A stretch of 64,000 nucleotides of DNA, taken from positions 62,001 to 126,000 of the forward strand of contig NIVC01001000.1 of the NCBI GenBank assembly GCA_002269645.1, written 5' to 3'. The notes under the pieces are model-generated. The model did not search any database and had not been told where the DNA came from. It saw nothing but the letters and a program-made list of their open reading frames with translations. Of this stretch, positions 33,401 through 46,064 are shown piece after piece. Source of the stretch: Macrostomum lignano (lineage: Eukaryota). Position 1 is the stretch's first letter; every line of letters starts with the position of its first letter. The position numbers were made by a program, and so were the translations under genes.

Positions 33401-35699
33401 CTCCAGCATAGTCATTGAGTAGGAAGTTCTCTAGTTGGGCTTCCACTTCGCATAGGCGGATGAAGTCAGCTTGAGAAACAGGATGCGGGTAGTGAAAGCC
33501 CTCATTAATTGATTATTAACTTGATAAATTATAATATTGATCAATTGATCCTGGCAAACAGAAACTTACAAAGCCTTAGCACAGAAACTTAGGGGGTTAT
33601 TTACAAATAGCAAAAATTTCTACCAACTACCCTAGACAATTAAGATTATAGCTTATATAACTTCAGTGCTTAGAATATGCCTATCATAATAGTAACAAAA
33701 AGAGTGCTACCCTAGCAATCCTATTTTGGCTCTATATTAAATGCCATTTGACATGATTTTGTTTAGTTGCCATAGAGACAAGGGCTACGTGCACCCCATA
33801 GATTATATATCTGATAGATAGGCTACTTTATATACTTGCATGCATGATTCTTCAAAAATTTAGCTACCAATGTTTACTTATTATTAAATTCTAGTAACTT
33901 AGTAATAAGTGCATTTAGTTTTTGTGCCACGATTGTCTGATCTTTAGATTTATTTCCCTCAGATACTGAAATTTAACTTTTAGCAACTGCAATTTGCAAA
34001 AAAATTCCAGCTTTTTTAGGGTTATTTATTGATCTAATTGCTAAATTAACTTACAATGGGTATATCAATTATATGAGGGATGTCCAGAAAATGGTTTTAC
34101 TTTAATTTTACTTGTAGCAGATATTTTGTAAGTTGCATTGACACAAGTTTGGCATTGTTTTAAAATGGCAGGTCTCTTTTTTAAAATGACTTAAACTGCA
34201 ATCGATTTAGGTTTGTATTTTAAGAGATATGTGCACTTAAGTAGAGGGAGATTAGTCATAGACTTACAGAACCTAGATACAAGTCTTTTGTACAGATGAT
34301 CCAGCTTCATGTCTAGTCCTTAGTGAGCCACCAGGGAACCAACAGGCACTCAGCTTGATATGAATTATCTTCTGTAGACACTTGTAAACTGTGGACTTTA
34401 AGCAATCTAGTCTATTAGCTTTGTGTGGATGCTTTGTTGGTCTTTATCAGTCTTTAGCAGTCTTTATCAATGAAATCAAGAATGGATGCAAGACAAGGCC
34501 GTCCCTGGCATGGATCTCAGGGTATCCTGACTTTTAATCAGTTTAGTTCCAGTTCACATCAGTTCTTTCACCTCTAAACTTGTTCATCCACTTGTTCACT
34601 GTTATTGTGCTGATGGAATGGTTACCATGTTGCCTATAAAGATCAGCTACTTTATACCTGGAGCTCCAAAGTATAAAGATGCCATGTTGTTTCCTAGTCT
34701 TTGAATGCACATCTATTTGACAATTGATGGATCAAAATTGAGCAACAGTGAAGATTTTTCAATATAACTAGTTCAGCAATTTTCTTTTCAATGTGCCACA
34801 TTTGACTATAAAACAACTTATGTATGCCAAAAATATTGATTGCCATTGAGCAGAATGCTAATTTTAGCAGTTCCACTCATATTTGATCTTCTGTAAGTCT
34901 ATGACTGATCTCCCTCTACTTAAGTGCAATTTTTATAATATAAGTCCAAATCAATCATGGTTAAAATCATTTTAAAGAAGAGACTTGCCATTTTTATATA
35001 CACCAAATTTATGTCAATGCAGCTAACAAAATGTCTGCATCAGGTAAAAGTAACACTATTTTCTGGATACCCCTCATATATTACTAGTGTAATATGAACA
35101 GTATAACTAGTTATACTATTGTGACTAGTTATACCAGTATAATATATAATTATTAATGTTTCAATTTTCAAGGAAACTTAATAAAATATCAAAAGTTTAT
35201 TGAAAAAAAGTATAATATCAGGCATATGCATATCATAGTCATAAGACCATTTTGCCATTATATATTTTCAAAATTATTTTTTATTAAAACTAAAGCAAAG
35301 TGACTAGATTGTATTAAGAACACTATGCTTTCACCTATCTTTAAGCTAGTCCGCTAGAATGAGGCTTAGACTATGTTTATGGTATAGGAATAAAAATATG
35401 TCTATTTATAGTTTTATTATAAAATACTGTTTTTAACTAGGAATTCAGGAACCTTAACTAAGTAGCTAATATAGAATAGAAATCTTGGCATTACCTCTGG
35501 TCTAAGTATAAAAATTTGAACAAATATACACAAAAATTCGATACAGCTGCTTACATTTTGGTACTTTGGCAGTTTTAAGTACATCAAGAATAGTTGACCA
35601 CTTTTCTTCCAGTCGATATTTTTCAAATTCCGTCTCTTGTTTGTTACGCTTTATGCGTGGAGATTTAGCTGTTTTGGTGACAACAGCTGAACTCGCCAT
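27480..35699 (-). CDS. TTC7: TTC7 (YPP1-like TPR scaffold of the PI4KIIIalpha complex), 8 exons: 35699-35555, 33469-33147, 32289-32059, 31417-30944, 30375-29956, 29501-29152, 28747-28564, 27752-27480; 799 aa
   Basis: All seven GT-AG introns are phase-consistent (total 2400 nt). TTC7-like motifs include ETEFEKYRLEEKW, LSRQLAEILLRGV, EAILLLMISE, AVYDLLCVAL, AMKFSFGESHIWLQFGLAL, the TPRs and a C-terminal ELEQTEPFVPF. Confidence 0.92.
27810..28465. repeat. (CAGT)n microsatellite in TTC7 intron 7
   Basis: Read directly. Confidence 0.97.
28885..29150. repeat. ACAACAGACAG-type repeat in TTC7 intron 6
   Basis: Read directly. Confidence 0.9.
29525..29900. repeat. About 21-bp minisatellite GATCGGTTGCTAGGCTAAACA in TTC7 intron 5
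   Basis: Read directly. Confidence 0.88.
30565..30854 (-). mobile_element. tRNA-derived SINE in TTC7 intron 4
   Basis: The minus strand begins GGTTGTAGCCTAGTGG (A box) and has GGGATTCGATTC (B-box-like). A central GTGTCCTTGAGCAAGACACTTAAC...CACCCAGCTGTAAA resembles conserved metazoan SINE cores. It is flanked by TAG/TAC microsatellites. Confidence 0.75.
31520..31990. repeat. About 24-bp minisatellite GGAGGCTGGTAGCTTAATCTGGG in TTC7 intron 3
   Basis: Read directly. Confidence 0.85.
32430..33065. repeat. 30-bp minisatellite TTCTGTAACAGACAGCTTAATTACAGACAG in TTC7 intron 2
   Basis: Read directly. Confidence 0.92.
34074..35076 (-). mobile_element. Old mariner-derived element with about 200-bp imperfect TIRs and TA TSD, in TTC7 intron 1
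   Basis: Ends read TA|TGAGGGATGTCCAGAAAAT and ATTTTCTGGATACCCCTCA|TA, with inverted similarity extending to ..GTCATAGACTTACAGAA. A decayed HTH-like peptide (LYRQHGNHSISTITVNKWMNKF) lies on the minus strand. Confidence 0.8.
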
Positions 35700-37614
35700 T
35701 TCTCAGTCTGGTTTATGTTTTTAGCGTTTTTTACTGTCGTGCTGTTGTTATAACTTATAGGATCACTGGCCCAGTACTATTACTAGTAGGCTCTAGTAGT
35801 GGAGCAATCCATTGTTTCTATCGTTCAGGCAGTATGCTGCAATAAAATACTGTACACTTTAAAGAAGCAGATAAATCATTTAATAAATTAGCATAGTAGG
35901 TTATTATTTTGAGCTGATTAGTTGGAAAAACTGTGCAGATTTTATAGGCTAGGTTCAGATATCATTAACATTAGAAAAAAATGGTTCAAAATTGATAACT
36001 TAAAAAAGGAATATACGCTTTTGTAAAAATAAAACAAGTGTATAATTATTGCAACCCAACATATTTACAACTAAAAGAAGAGTTTTTATAGCACGTTTTT
36101 TTTAAAAATTGATTTTTTTCATTAATAAACAGAAAAATAAGCATTATTTTTAAGTTAGCACTTTAATTTTCGAGCATTTGATATTTTATTCTACGCGCAA
36201 TCGTACATGTTCTATGCCTAAAAAACCATTCAAATGACAGGGCTCAACTCATGAGTTTTATGAATCAGTTTACCATTCTTAGCTAACTTGTGTTACAAAT
36301 ATCAAAATATGGTATTTGCATGGCAAAACATTTCAAAATATGAACAATTAAATGGTCTGCCTCAGCTATCGAAAGCGATGACAATTAATTTATTATAAAA
36401 AAGTGAGAGTTAATACACGTAGTGTATATATATCCCCATAGTGTATTTTTCGGCGAAAATCAGCCTCCCTAACATTTTCTATGAAACATAGTTTCGCCGT
36501 CTTAGTAGAGTATAGTCCCTGATTGATGAATCCCGCGTTGTTTAGAATTCATTTCGGAGCTGGAAGCTCGAAGTCACTGCTGTCTGACGGCTGGCTTTAT
36601 GCTGGCTTGATAAGATCGTCTGAAGTAGTATTCCCGTCGAGAACAGCTTCGTCCGGACATGCAGCTGACTGCATGAACTTCTGCAACTAGCTATAGCTCA
36701 GTTGACGAGCAGGACAGCCCGTGCAACCAGAGATTGTTGTCAACCATCTTCTCCAGTGATGGTTATGGTAAATCATGCAGCAGCTATAGGGTTGTGTTCC
36801 CCAGACACATGAAACCATTCGGAAGGTGATGAGAGAGACGGCGGAATTTCACTAACTCTGTGTTTGCACAAATAGTTGCTTTGTGACATTTCAAGCCTTT
36901 TCACTGGCATCCCAGAATCCATGCAAAATGATTTGAAGCGGCTTAGATCGAAAGAGGAAGCGCAGTACTTCAAATGTACACGAAGTGGTTGAATTAGCCA
37001 CTGATTCTATATTTGAAGAATGTCGGCGGGGACCTCCGCATCCCATGACGACGACACTTACAAATATAAAACTACTGTAGGAAACATTTTGCTAGCGTGT
37101 GAGAACCCGTGAAAGTAAGCCAAAAGGATCATATAGCCTCGCAAGAAATCCTAGGATTGATCGCTTTAATTGGTAGGTAGTTGAGATGAAACTGCTGGGA
37201 GCTCGTTTGCTAATATTGTCGCAGATTCATTCCTGCAGACGGGAAAATCATATTTAGCTTCCTAATGGAGCTGATAGGCTTTATCTACGGAGTCACAACT
37301 TATAGTTACCAAAAGTAGTTTACGTACGAGCGTACATGTACGTCCCGGATTAGAATCGAGGTGCTTTTCGTGAACTTGGACTGAATGGAGTCTCAAGATG
37401 GTGTAAAATCGTAATTGTTTTAGGTACAATAGCGGTTAGTCCCGTGATCAGAAGCCAATAATAAAAATGGAATTTTCGACGAACGATGGCGTGCCTGGCA
37501 CTTCTGCAATATGACGTCATTTTGGCGCGTAATTTTGGAATTTCAAAGTGAGCAATTGTGAGCTGGAGGAAGTGGGCTAGCAACAAATTTTGACGATGAG
37601 ACGCTCTTGAACTA

Positions 37615-38317
37615 CGTGGGGTGTCCGGGAAGTTCTGGACACTTTTAATCCCAGAGCAAAAACAGTAGCAGCTGCAAGCACAACTTTGGTGTCAATATAA
37701 GGCGGTACATCTCTTCTTTCCAATGAATTTAGTTGCTTTTATTTTATTCATTTCATTAAAAAGTCATGCGTGAAAAAGTCCTCAAAGAAACGAATTGTAG
37801 TCATTCATCATGATCACCAACCTTCAAGTCAGCCTTCTCAACATAGTCTCTACCTGTAGCAACACACTTTCCCCATCGCTTGAGCATTCCGTCAATCGCA
37901 TCAGGATACGCTCGTAGCATTGTCCTGAAACATCATGGGAGAGAATGCGCCGAACAATTGTCTTCCAAATGATCCCATCGGTAGACGGTACACCGGCTCA
38001 CTACATCTGACCCATGAATCGATGTCAAATGAGAATTTTGCTCTGCTCTGCCTCGTCTTTCTGATTCTCCAAAGCGTAAAATTCCGTCCCTTTTGGCCAC
38101 TCGTACTTCACCTTTTACTTAAGACTCAGTGGCATTGTGATGGTTTTTCACGCATAACTTTTGAATGAAATGAATAAAATACACGCGACTGAATTCATTG
38201 AAACAAAAGATGTACGTGCCGCTTTAAAATGACACCAAAGTTGTGCCTGCAGCTGCCACTGTTTTTTGATTTGGGATTATGAGCGTAAAAGCGTCAGAAC
38301 TTTCCATACACCCCTCG
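37615..38317 (-). mobile_element. Internally deleted mariner element (copy 1), TA TSD
   Basis: Ends read TA|CGTGGGGTGTCC and ACACCCCTCG|TA, with long imperfect TIRs. Minus-strand remnants of the transposase N-terminus (IHGSDVVSRCTVYRW) and C-terminus (DGMLKRWGKCVATGRDYVEK) are present. Confidence 0.85.
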
Positions 38318-38790
38318 TACCTAGTGGTTTTTCGAATTTCTCACGCTTTCGAATTTTTCGAAAACTGCTGCAGCTGAAAAAAACTCGACCAACTTGCTGA
38401 ACTTACTGAATATTTAATGACAGAGGCCCATGTCCTGAGCAAATGCTTTACGACAACAGAGCTCTGCATTCAACAGTTTACGTGGCCTATTAAGCCAATA
38501 AAAAAGCAGTGTCAAAACAAGACAAAAAACATTTAAACAAACCAATTAGTAAAGAAAACAACTAAAGTTCGCAATGTCACCAGTGTAATTTATAAATACA
38601 GGGGAGTAAAGTTTCGAGAGAACGCTTGATTGCAAAAAATTACAACGCAAGTTAAGGAGTCAAAGAAAAAGTTTAACTGCTGAGTACTTTTACAGTAAGC
38701 AATAAAATGATTGGGAAACAATTGGAAACCTTAGGCAGGAACACAAAGTAAAAAGCTGGTCTAGCAGTACAGTGCAGTATAGTGTAGCTA

Positions 38791-40075
38791 GTGTCACTAG
38801 CTGGTCGTTGAGTGCTGTCACTAACTGGTCGTTGAGTGCTGTCACTAACTGGTCATTAAGTGCTGTCATTAACTAGTCATTAAGTGCTGTCATTAACTAG
38901 TCATTGAGTGCTGTCACTAACTAGTCTTTGAGTGCTGTCACTAACTGGTCGTTGAGTGCTCTCAATAACTGTCATTAAATACTGTCACTAACTGGTCATT
39001 GAGTGCTGTCACTAACTGGTCATTGAGTGCTCTCAATAACTGGTCATTGATTGCTGTCACAAACTGGTCATTGAGTGCTGTCACTAACTAATCATTGAGT
39101 GCTGTCACTAACTGGTCATTGAGTGCTCTCAATAACTGGTCATTGATTGCTGTCACAAACTGGTCATTGAGTGCTGTCACTAAGTAATCATTGAGTGCTG
39201 TTACTAACTGGTCATTGATTGCTGTCCTAACGGGCCATTGAGGGCTGTCACTAAATGGTCATTGAGTGCTGTCACTAACTGGTCATTGAGTGCTGTCACT
39301 AACTGGTCATTGAGTGCTGTCACTAACTAGTCATTGAGTGCTGTCACTAACTGGTCATTGATTGCTGTCCTAACTCCTAACTGGTCATTGAGTGCTGTCA
39401 CTAACTGGTCGTTGAGTGCTGTCACTAACTGGTCATTGAGTGCTGTCACTAACTGGTCATTGAGTGCTGTCACTAACTTGTCATTGAGTGCTGTCACTAA
39501 CTGCTCATTGAGTGCTGTCACTAACTGGTCATTGAGTGCTGTCACTAACTGCTCATTGAGTGCTGTCACTAACTGGTCATTGAGTGCTGTCACTAACTGG
39601 TCGTTGAGTGCTGTCACTAACTGGTCATTGAGTGATGTCACTAACTGGTCATTGAGTGCTGTCACTAACTGGTCATTGAGTGCTGTCACTAACTGGTCAT
39701 TGAGTGCTGTCACTAACTGGTCATTAAATGCTGTCACTAACTGGTCATTAAGTGCTGTCACTAACTGGTCGTTGAGTGCTGTCACTAACTAGTCATTGAG
39801 TGCTGTCTCTAACTGGTCATTGAGTGCTGTCACTAACTGGTCATTGAGTGCTGTCACTAACTGGTCATTGAGTGCTGTCACTAACTGGTCATTGAGTGCT
39901 CTCACTGGCTGCTCATTGAGTGCTGTCACTAACTGGTCATTGAGTGCTCTCACTGACTGGTCATTAAGTGCTCTCACTGGCTGCTTATTGAGTGCTGTCA
40001 CTAACTGGTCATTGAGTGCTCTCACTGACTGGTCATTAAGTGCTGTCACTAACTGGCCATTAGGTGCTGTCTTTA
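38791..40075. repeat. 24-bp satellite array 1 (ACTAACTGGTCATTGAGTGCTGTC), about 53 units
   Basis: Read directly. Confidence 0.96.
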
Positions 40076-40310
40076 ATTGGATATTGGATTAGCTTCCGAA
40101 TGCTTTAAGAGAATTCAACAAAGTCCGAAGATCATGAATAAAACGACAAAACAGCTGCTAAAGGATTGCGAGCACACTAAAGACCAAGACCGATTGTGCA
40201 CGTCGGCAATGACGGAGCGCCGCAAGGGTGAATATTCGCTACAGAAAGTGCAGTCGGAGTGCTACTTAAGATTCTTGACTTGATTGAATTTCTTGCCGCA
40301 CACTTTGCAC

Positions 40311-41417
40311 TCAAATGGCTTTTCTTGTGTGGAGCCTTGAGTGCCTAGTAAGATGGCTGCTGTCACTGAATCTCTTGCCGCACACTTTGCACTCAAATGG
40401 CTTTTCTCCTGTGTGCAGCCTTGAGTGCCTAGTGAGATGGCTGCTGACACTGAATCTCTTGCCGCACACTTTGCACTCAAATAGCTTTTCTCCTGTGTGC
40501 TGCCTGGAGTGTCTAGTAAGGCTGCTGCTGACACTGAATCTCTTGCCGCATACTTTGCACTCAAATGGCTTTTCTCCTGTGTGCAGCCTTGAGTGCCTAG
40601 TGAGATGGCTGCTGACACTGAATCTCTTGCCGCACACTTTGCACTCATATGGCTTTTCTCCTGTGTGCTGCCTGGAGTGTGTAGTAAGGCTGCTGCTGAC
40701 ACTGAATCTCTTGCCGCACACTTTGCACTCAAATGGCTTTTCTCCTGTGTGCTGCCTGGAGTGTGTAGTAAGGCTGCTGCTGACACTGAATTTCTTGCCG
40801 CACACTTTGCACTCAAATGGCTTTTCTCCTGTGTGCAGCCTTGAGTGCGTTGTGAGATTGCTGCTGTCACTGAATCTCTTGCCGCACACCTTGCACTCAA
40901 ATGGCTTTTCTCCTGTATGCTGCCTGGAGTGTGTAGTAAGGCTGCTGCTGATACTGAATCTCTTGCCGCACACCTTGCACTCAAACGGTCTCTCACCAGT
41001 GTGAGACCGGCTGTGCACGTGCAGATCGTGTTTTGCTGAGAAGGACTTCCCACACCGCTTGCATTTGTGCGGTTTTGCCTTCCTGTGCACCACACTAATG
41101 TGAGCATTGAGATAGCTTCTCCTGGAGAACTTCTTTTGACAAGTGTCGCACTGGAACGGCTTCTGGAGACCCTGAGCACTATTTGTCACTGCACGACCGC
41201 CATCTGCACACGGCTTCATCGCTGACTCATTGCGAGACGCGACCTGCTCGACCGCCGCCGCTCTGCCAGCTTCTGAGTTGGTCGCAGCCGCCTCCTCAGG
41301 CTCCGAGTCGCGGCCAATTCCGTGTGACCGCACATGACGCAAGTACTGCGCCGCTGCCGGTCGGGTGCGGCAGAACCGCCTGGGACAAAACGGGCAGGCG
41401 ACAGAGCCCCGGCGCAT
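40311..41417 (-). CDS. C2H2 zinc-finger protein copy Z1 (368 aa): N-terminal atypical finger, 2 unique fingers and 8 84-bp repeat fingers
   Basis: ORF with repeated [25 protein letters not shown]. Confidence 0.88.
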   Translation of the reverse strand: MRRGSVACPFCPRRFCRTRPAAAQYLRHVRSHGIGRDSEPEEAAATNSEAGRAAAVEQVASRNESAMKPCADGGRAVTNSAQGLQKPFQCDTCQKKFSRRSYLNAHISVVHRKAKPHKCKRCGKSFSAKHDLHVHSRSHTGERPFECKVCGKRFSISSSLTTHSRQHTGEKPFECKVCGKRFSDSSNLTTHSRLHTGEKPFECKVCGKKFSVSSSLTTHSRQHTGEKPFECKVCGKRFSVSSSLTTHSRQHTGEKPYECKVCGKRFSVSSHLTRHSRLHTGEKPFECKVCGKRFSVSSSLTRHSRQHTGEKLFECKVCGKRFSVSSHLTRHSRLHTGEKPFECKVCGKRFSDSSHLTRHSRLHTRKAI

Positions 41418-42269
41418 CTCTGAGAAACTGTGGGCTACAATCCGTGCTGAGATGCCGATGCTCGAAGCCCGTCTCTGCCTTGAGCTGCAATGCGGAGCGA
41501 TAGAGACTTCGTCACTTTGTCATCCAAGTTTGAATGACGTTCAAAGATTTTTAAACACGTATTGTCAGAAGATTCCGTTTAATGATAAAGATAGTTGGGT
41601 ATTTTAGTATGGAGACAAAAGATTCAAGCATTCAATTTGCATCTGAATGCATTGAGGTTCATTTTAATGAATAAAGGCAAAAATATTTTTTAAACTTGTT
41701 TTTTGTAGCTACCCGTGCACCGAATTTCACTTATGTACTTTTTATGAAATTTCTCTTACAATACGTATGAATATACTCTTATTATCATTTGCTGCAAAAT
41801 TAACAAAACGAAATTGCTGACCCACGATTATATAACTGTAGTAGTCAGCATAGCAGCAGCAATTACGCAATTATTTGTCAGAAATGAAAACACACGGGGC
41901 GATTAAAGGATTTGCTGTTATATGCCCAAATAAAAAACACACATGGATGAGTTTACGTTGCCTATTAAGTCATTAAAAAAGCAATTAAAATATCCTGGCA
42001 AACATTTAAACAAACCAATTAGTAAAGAAAACAAGTAAAATTTGAATGCCACCGGTGTAATTTATAAATACAGGGGAGAAAAGGTTCGATAACAACGCTT
42101 GATTGCACAAAATTGAAACGCAAGTTAGGGAGTCAAAGAAAAAGTTTAAGTGCTAAGTACTTCTACAGTAAGTAATGAAATGATTGGGAAACAATTGGAT
42201 ACCTTTGGCAGGAAAACAAAGTAAAAAGCTGGTCTAGCAGTACAGTGCAGTATAGTATATGCAGTGCCT

Positions 42270-45200
42270 ACTGGTCATTGATTGCTGTCAGTGTCACTAA
42301 CTGGTCATTGAGTGCTGTCACTAACTGGTCTTTGAGTCCTGTCACTAACTGGTCATTGAGTGCTGTCACTAACTGGTCATTGAGTGCTGTCAATAACTGG
42401 TCATTGAGTGCTGTCACTAACTAGTCATTGAGTGCTGTCACTAACTGGTCATTGATTGCTGTCAGTGTCACTAACTGGTCATTGATTGCTGTCAGTGTCA
42501 CTAACTGGTCATTAAGTGCTGTCACTAACTGGTCGTTGAGTGCTGTCACTAACTGGTCATTGAGTGCTGTCACTAACTGGTCTTTGAGTGCTGTCACTAA
42601 CTGGTCATTGAGTGCTGTCACTAACTGGTTATTGAGTGCTGTCACTAACTGGTCATTGAGTGCTGTCACTAACTGGTCATCGAGTGCTGTCACTAACTGG
42701 TCATTGAGTGCTGTCACTAACTGGTCATTTAGTGATGTCACTAACTAGTCATTGAGTGCTGTCACTAACTGGTCATTGATTGCTGTCTCCAACTGGTCAT
42801 TGATTGCTGTCTCTAACTGGTCATTGAGTTCTGTCACTAATTGGTCATTGAGTGCTGTCACTAACTGGTCATTAAGTGCTGTCACTAACTGGTCATTGAG
42901 TGTTGTCACTAACTGCTCATTGAGTGCTGTCACTAACTGGTCATTGAGTGCTGTCACTAACTGGTCATCGAGTGCTGTCTATAACTGGTCATTAAGTGCT
43001 CTCACTAACTGGTCATTGAGTGATGTCACTAACTGGTCATTGAGTGATGTCACTAACTGGTCATTAAGTGCTGTCACTAACTGGTCATTGAGTGCTGTCA
43101 CTAACTGGTCATTAAGTGCTATCACTAACTAGTCATTAAGTGCTGTCACTAACTGGTCATTGAGTGTTGTCACTAACTGCTCATTGAGTGCTGTCACTAA
43201 CTGGTCATATATTGCTGTCAATACTTGGTCATTGAGTGCTGTCTATAACTGGTCTTTAAGTGCTCTCACTAACTGGTCATTGAGTGATGTCACTAACTGG
43301 TCATTGAGTGATGTCACTAACTGGTCATTAAGTGCTGTCACTAACTGGTCATTGAGTGCTGTCACTAACTGGTCATTAAGTGCTATCACTAACTAGTCAT
43401 TGAGTGCTGTCACTAACTGGTCATTAACTGCTGTCACTAACTGGTCATTGAGTGTTGTCACTAACTGCTCATTGAGTGCTGTCACTAACTGGTCCTATAT
43501 TGCTGTCAATACTTGGTCATTGAGTGCTGTCTATAACTGGTCATTAAGTGCTCTCACTAACTGGTCATTGAGTGATGTCACTAACTGGTCATTGAGTGAT
43601 GTCACTAACTGGTCATTAAGTGCTGTCACTAACTGGTCATTGAGTGCTGTCACTAACTAGTTATTGAGTGCTGTCACTAACTGGTCATTGATTGCTGTCT
43701 CTAACTGGTCATTGAGTTCTGTCACTAACTGGTCATTGAGTGCTGTCAGTAACTGGTCATTAAGTGCTGTCCTAACTGGTCATTGAGTGTTGTCACTAAC
43801 TGGTCATTGAGTGCTGTCACTAACTGGTCATATATTGCTGTCAATACTTGGTCATTGAGTGCTGTCTATAACTGGTCATTAAGTGCTGTCACTAACTGGT
43901 CATTGAGTGCTGTCACAAACTAGTCATTGAGTGCTATCACTAACTAGTCATTGAGTGCTGTCACTAACTGGTCATTAAGTGCTGTCACTAACTGGTCATT
44001 GAGTGTTGTCACTAACTGCTCATTGAGTGCTCTCACTAACTGGTCATTGAGTGATGTCACTAACTGGTCATTAAGTGCTGTCACTAACTGGTCATTGATT
44101 GCTGTCTCTAACTGGTCATTGAGTTCTGTCACTAACTGGTCATTGAGTGCTGTCACTAACTGGTCATTAAGTGCTGTCACTAACTGGTCATTGAGTGTTG
44201 TCACTAACTGCTCATTGAGTGCTGTCACTAACTGGTCATATATTGCTGTTAATACTTTGTCATTGAGTGCTGTCTATAACTGGTCATTAAGTGCTCTCAC
44301 TAACTGGTCATTGAGTGATGTCACTAACTGGTCATTGAGTGATGTCACTAACTGGTCATCAAGTGCTGTCACTAACTGGTCATTGAGTGCTGTAACTAAC
44401 TAGTTATTGAGTGCTGTCACAAACTGGTCATTGCGTGCTATAACTAACTAGTCATTAAGTGCTGTCACTAACTGGTCATTAAGTGCTGTCACTAACTGGT
44501 CTTTGATTGCTGTCTCTAACTGGTCATTGAGTTCTGTCACTAACTGGTCATTGAGTGCTGTCAGTAACTGGTCATTAAGTGCTGTCCTAACTGGTCATTG
44601 AGTGTTGTCACTAACTGGTCATTGAGTGCTGTCACTAACTGGTCATATATTGCTGTCAATACTTGGTCATTGAGTGCTGTCTATAACTGGTCATTAAGTG
44701 CTGTCACTAACTGGTCATTGAGTGCTGTCACAAACTAGTCATTGAGTGCTATCACTAACTAGTCATTGAGTGCTGTCACTAACTGGTCATTAAGTGCTGT
44801 CACTAACTGGTCATTGAGTGTTGTCACTAACTGCTCATTGAGTGCTCTCACTAACTGGTCATTGAGTGATGTCACTAACTGGTCATTAAGTGCTGTCACT
44901 AACTGGTCATTGATTGCTGTCTCTAACTGGTCATTGAGTTCTTTCACTAACTGCTCATTGAGTGCTGTCACTAACTGGTCATATATTGCTGTTAATACTT
45001 TGTCATTGAGTGCTGTCTATAACTGGTCATTAAGTGCTCTCACTAACTGGTCATTGAGTGATGTCACTAACTGGTCATTGAGTGATGTCACTAACTGGTC
45101 ATCAAGTGCTGTCACTAACTGGTCATTGAGTGCTGTAACTAACTAGTTATTGAGTGCTGTCACAAACTGGTCATTGCGTGCTATCACTAACTAGTCATTA

Positions 45201-45730
45201 AGTGCTGTCACTAACTGGTCATTAAGTGCTGTCACTAACTGGTCTTTGATTGCTGTCTCTAACTGGTCATTGAGTTTTGTCACTAACTGGTCATTGAGTG
45301 CTGTCACTAACTGGTCATTAAGTGCTGTCACTAACTGGTCATTGAGTGTTGTCACTAACTGGTCATTGAGTGCTGTCACTAACTGGTCATAAGTGGCTGT
45401 CAATACTTGGTCATTGAGTGCTGTCTATAACTGGTCATTGAGTGCTATCACTAACTAGTCATTGAGTGCTGTCACTAACTGGTCATTGAGTGCTGTCACT
45501 AACTAGTCATTAAATGCTGTTACTAACTGATCATTGAGTGCTGTCACTAACTGGTCATTGAGTGCTGTCACTAACTGATCATTGAGTGCTGTCACTAACT
45601 GGTCATTGAGTGCTGTCACTAACTAGTAATTGAGTGCTGTCACTAACTGGTCGAGTGCTGTCACTAAATGCTGTTACTTTGCACTTAGTAAGTGCTGTCA
45701 CTAACTGGTCATTAGGTGCTGTCACTATAT
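42270..45730. repeat. 24-bp satellite array 2, about 144 units, with higher-order repeats
   Basis: Read directly; diagnostic variant units recur. Confidence 0.96.
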
Positions 45731-45745
45731 GGTTATTGGATTAGC

Positions 45746-45981
45746 TTACGAATGCATCACTTTAAGAGAATTCAACAAAGTTCGAAGATCATGAATAAAA
45801 CGACAAAAAGCTGCTAAGGGATTGCGAGCAAACACTTGGCGCACAATAAGGACCAAGACAGATTGCTCACGTCGGCAATGACGGAGCGCCGCAAAGGTGA
45901 ATATTTGCGACAGAAAGTGCTGCTCGGAGTGCTTTTTAAGATTGCTGATTTGATTGAATCTCTTGCCACACATTTTGCACT
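45746..45981 (-). pseudogene. Detached 3' tail of a ZNF copy: last finger plus about 55-aa C-terminal tail, open to its stop
   Basis: CKMCGKRFNQISNLKKHSEQHFLSQIFTFAALRHCRREQSVLVL...LKVMHS*. It is homologous to the decayed tails behind Z1 and Z3-Z6. Confidence 0.75.
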
Positions 45982-46064
45982 AGAATATATAAATCCTTCA
46001 GGCTTTCTAGGGCAAAAAGGAGGAGAATCCGAGGGCCGCGAAGCTGGCCTGCTGGATTTGTATT

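Noticed and set aside
26057-36460. Inverted motif pair TTTTCGCCGAAAATACACTACGGAGATA (about 26057) / TATCCCCATAGTGTATTTTTCGGCGAAAA (about 36430) around TTC7
   Set aside because: Only about 28 bp, imperfect, with no matching TSD, and I could not tell which way the ends face. These are more likely separate transposon-end remnants than one element carrying TTC7.
36540-36980. Possible small exons upstream of TTC7 (e.g. KFMQSAACPDEAVLDG..*)
   Set aside because: No recognisable product and no consistent splice chain could be supported.
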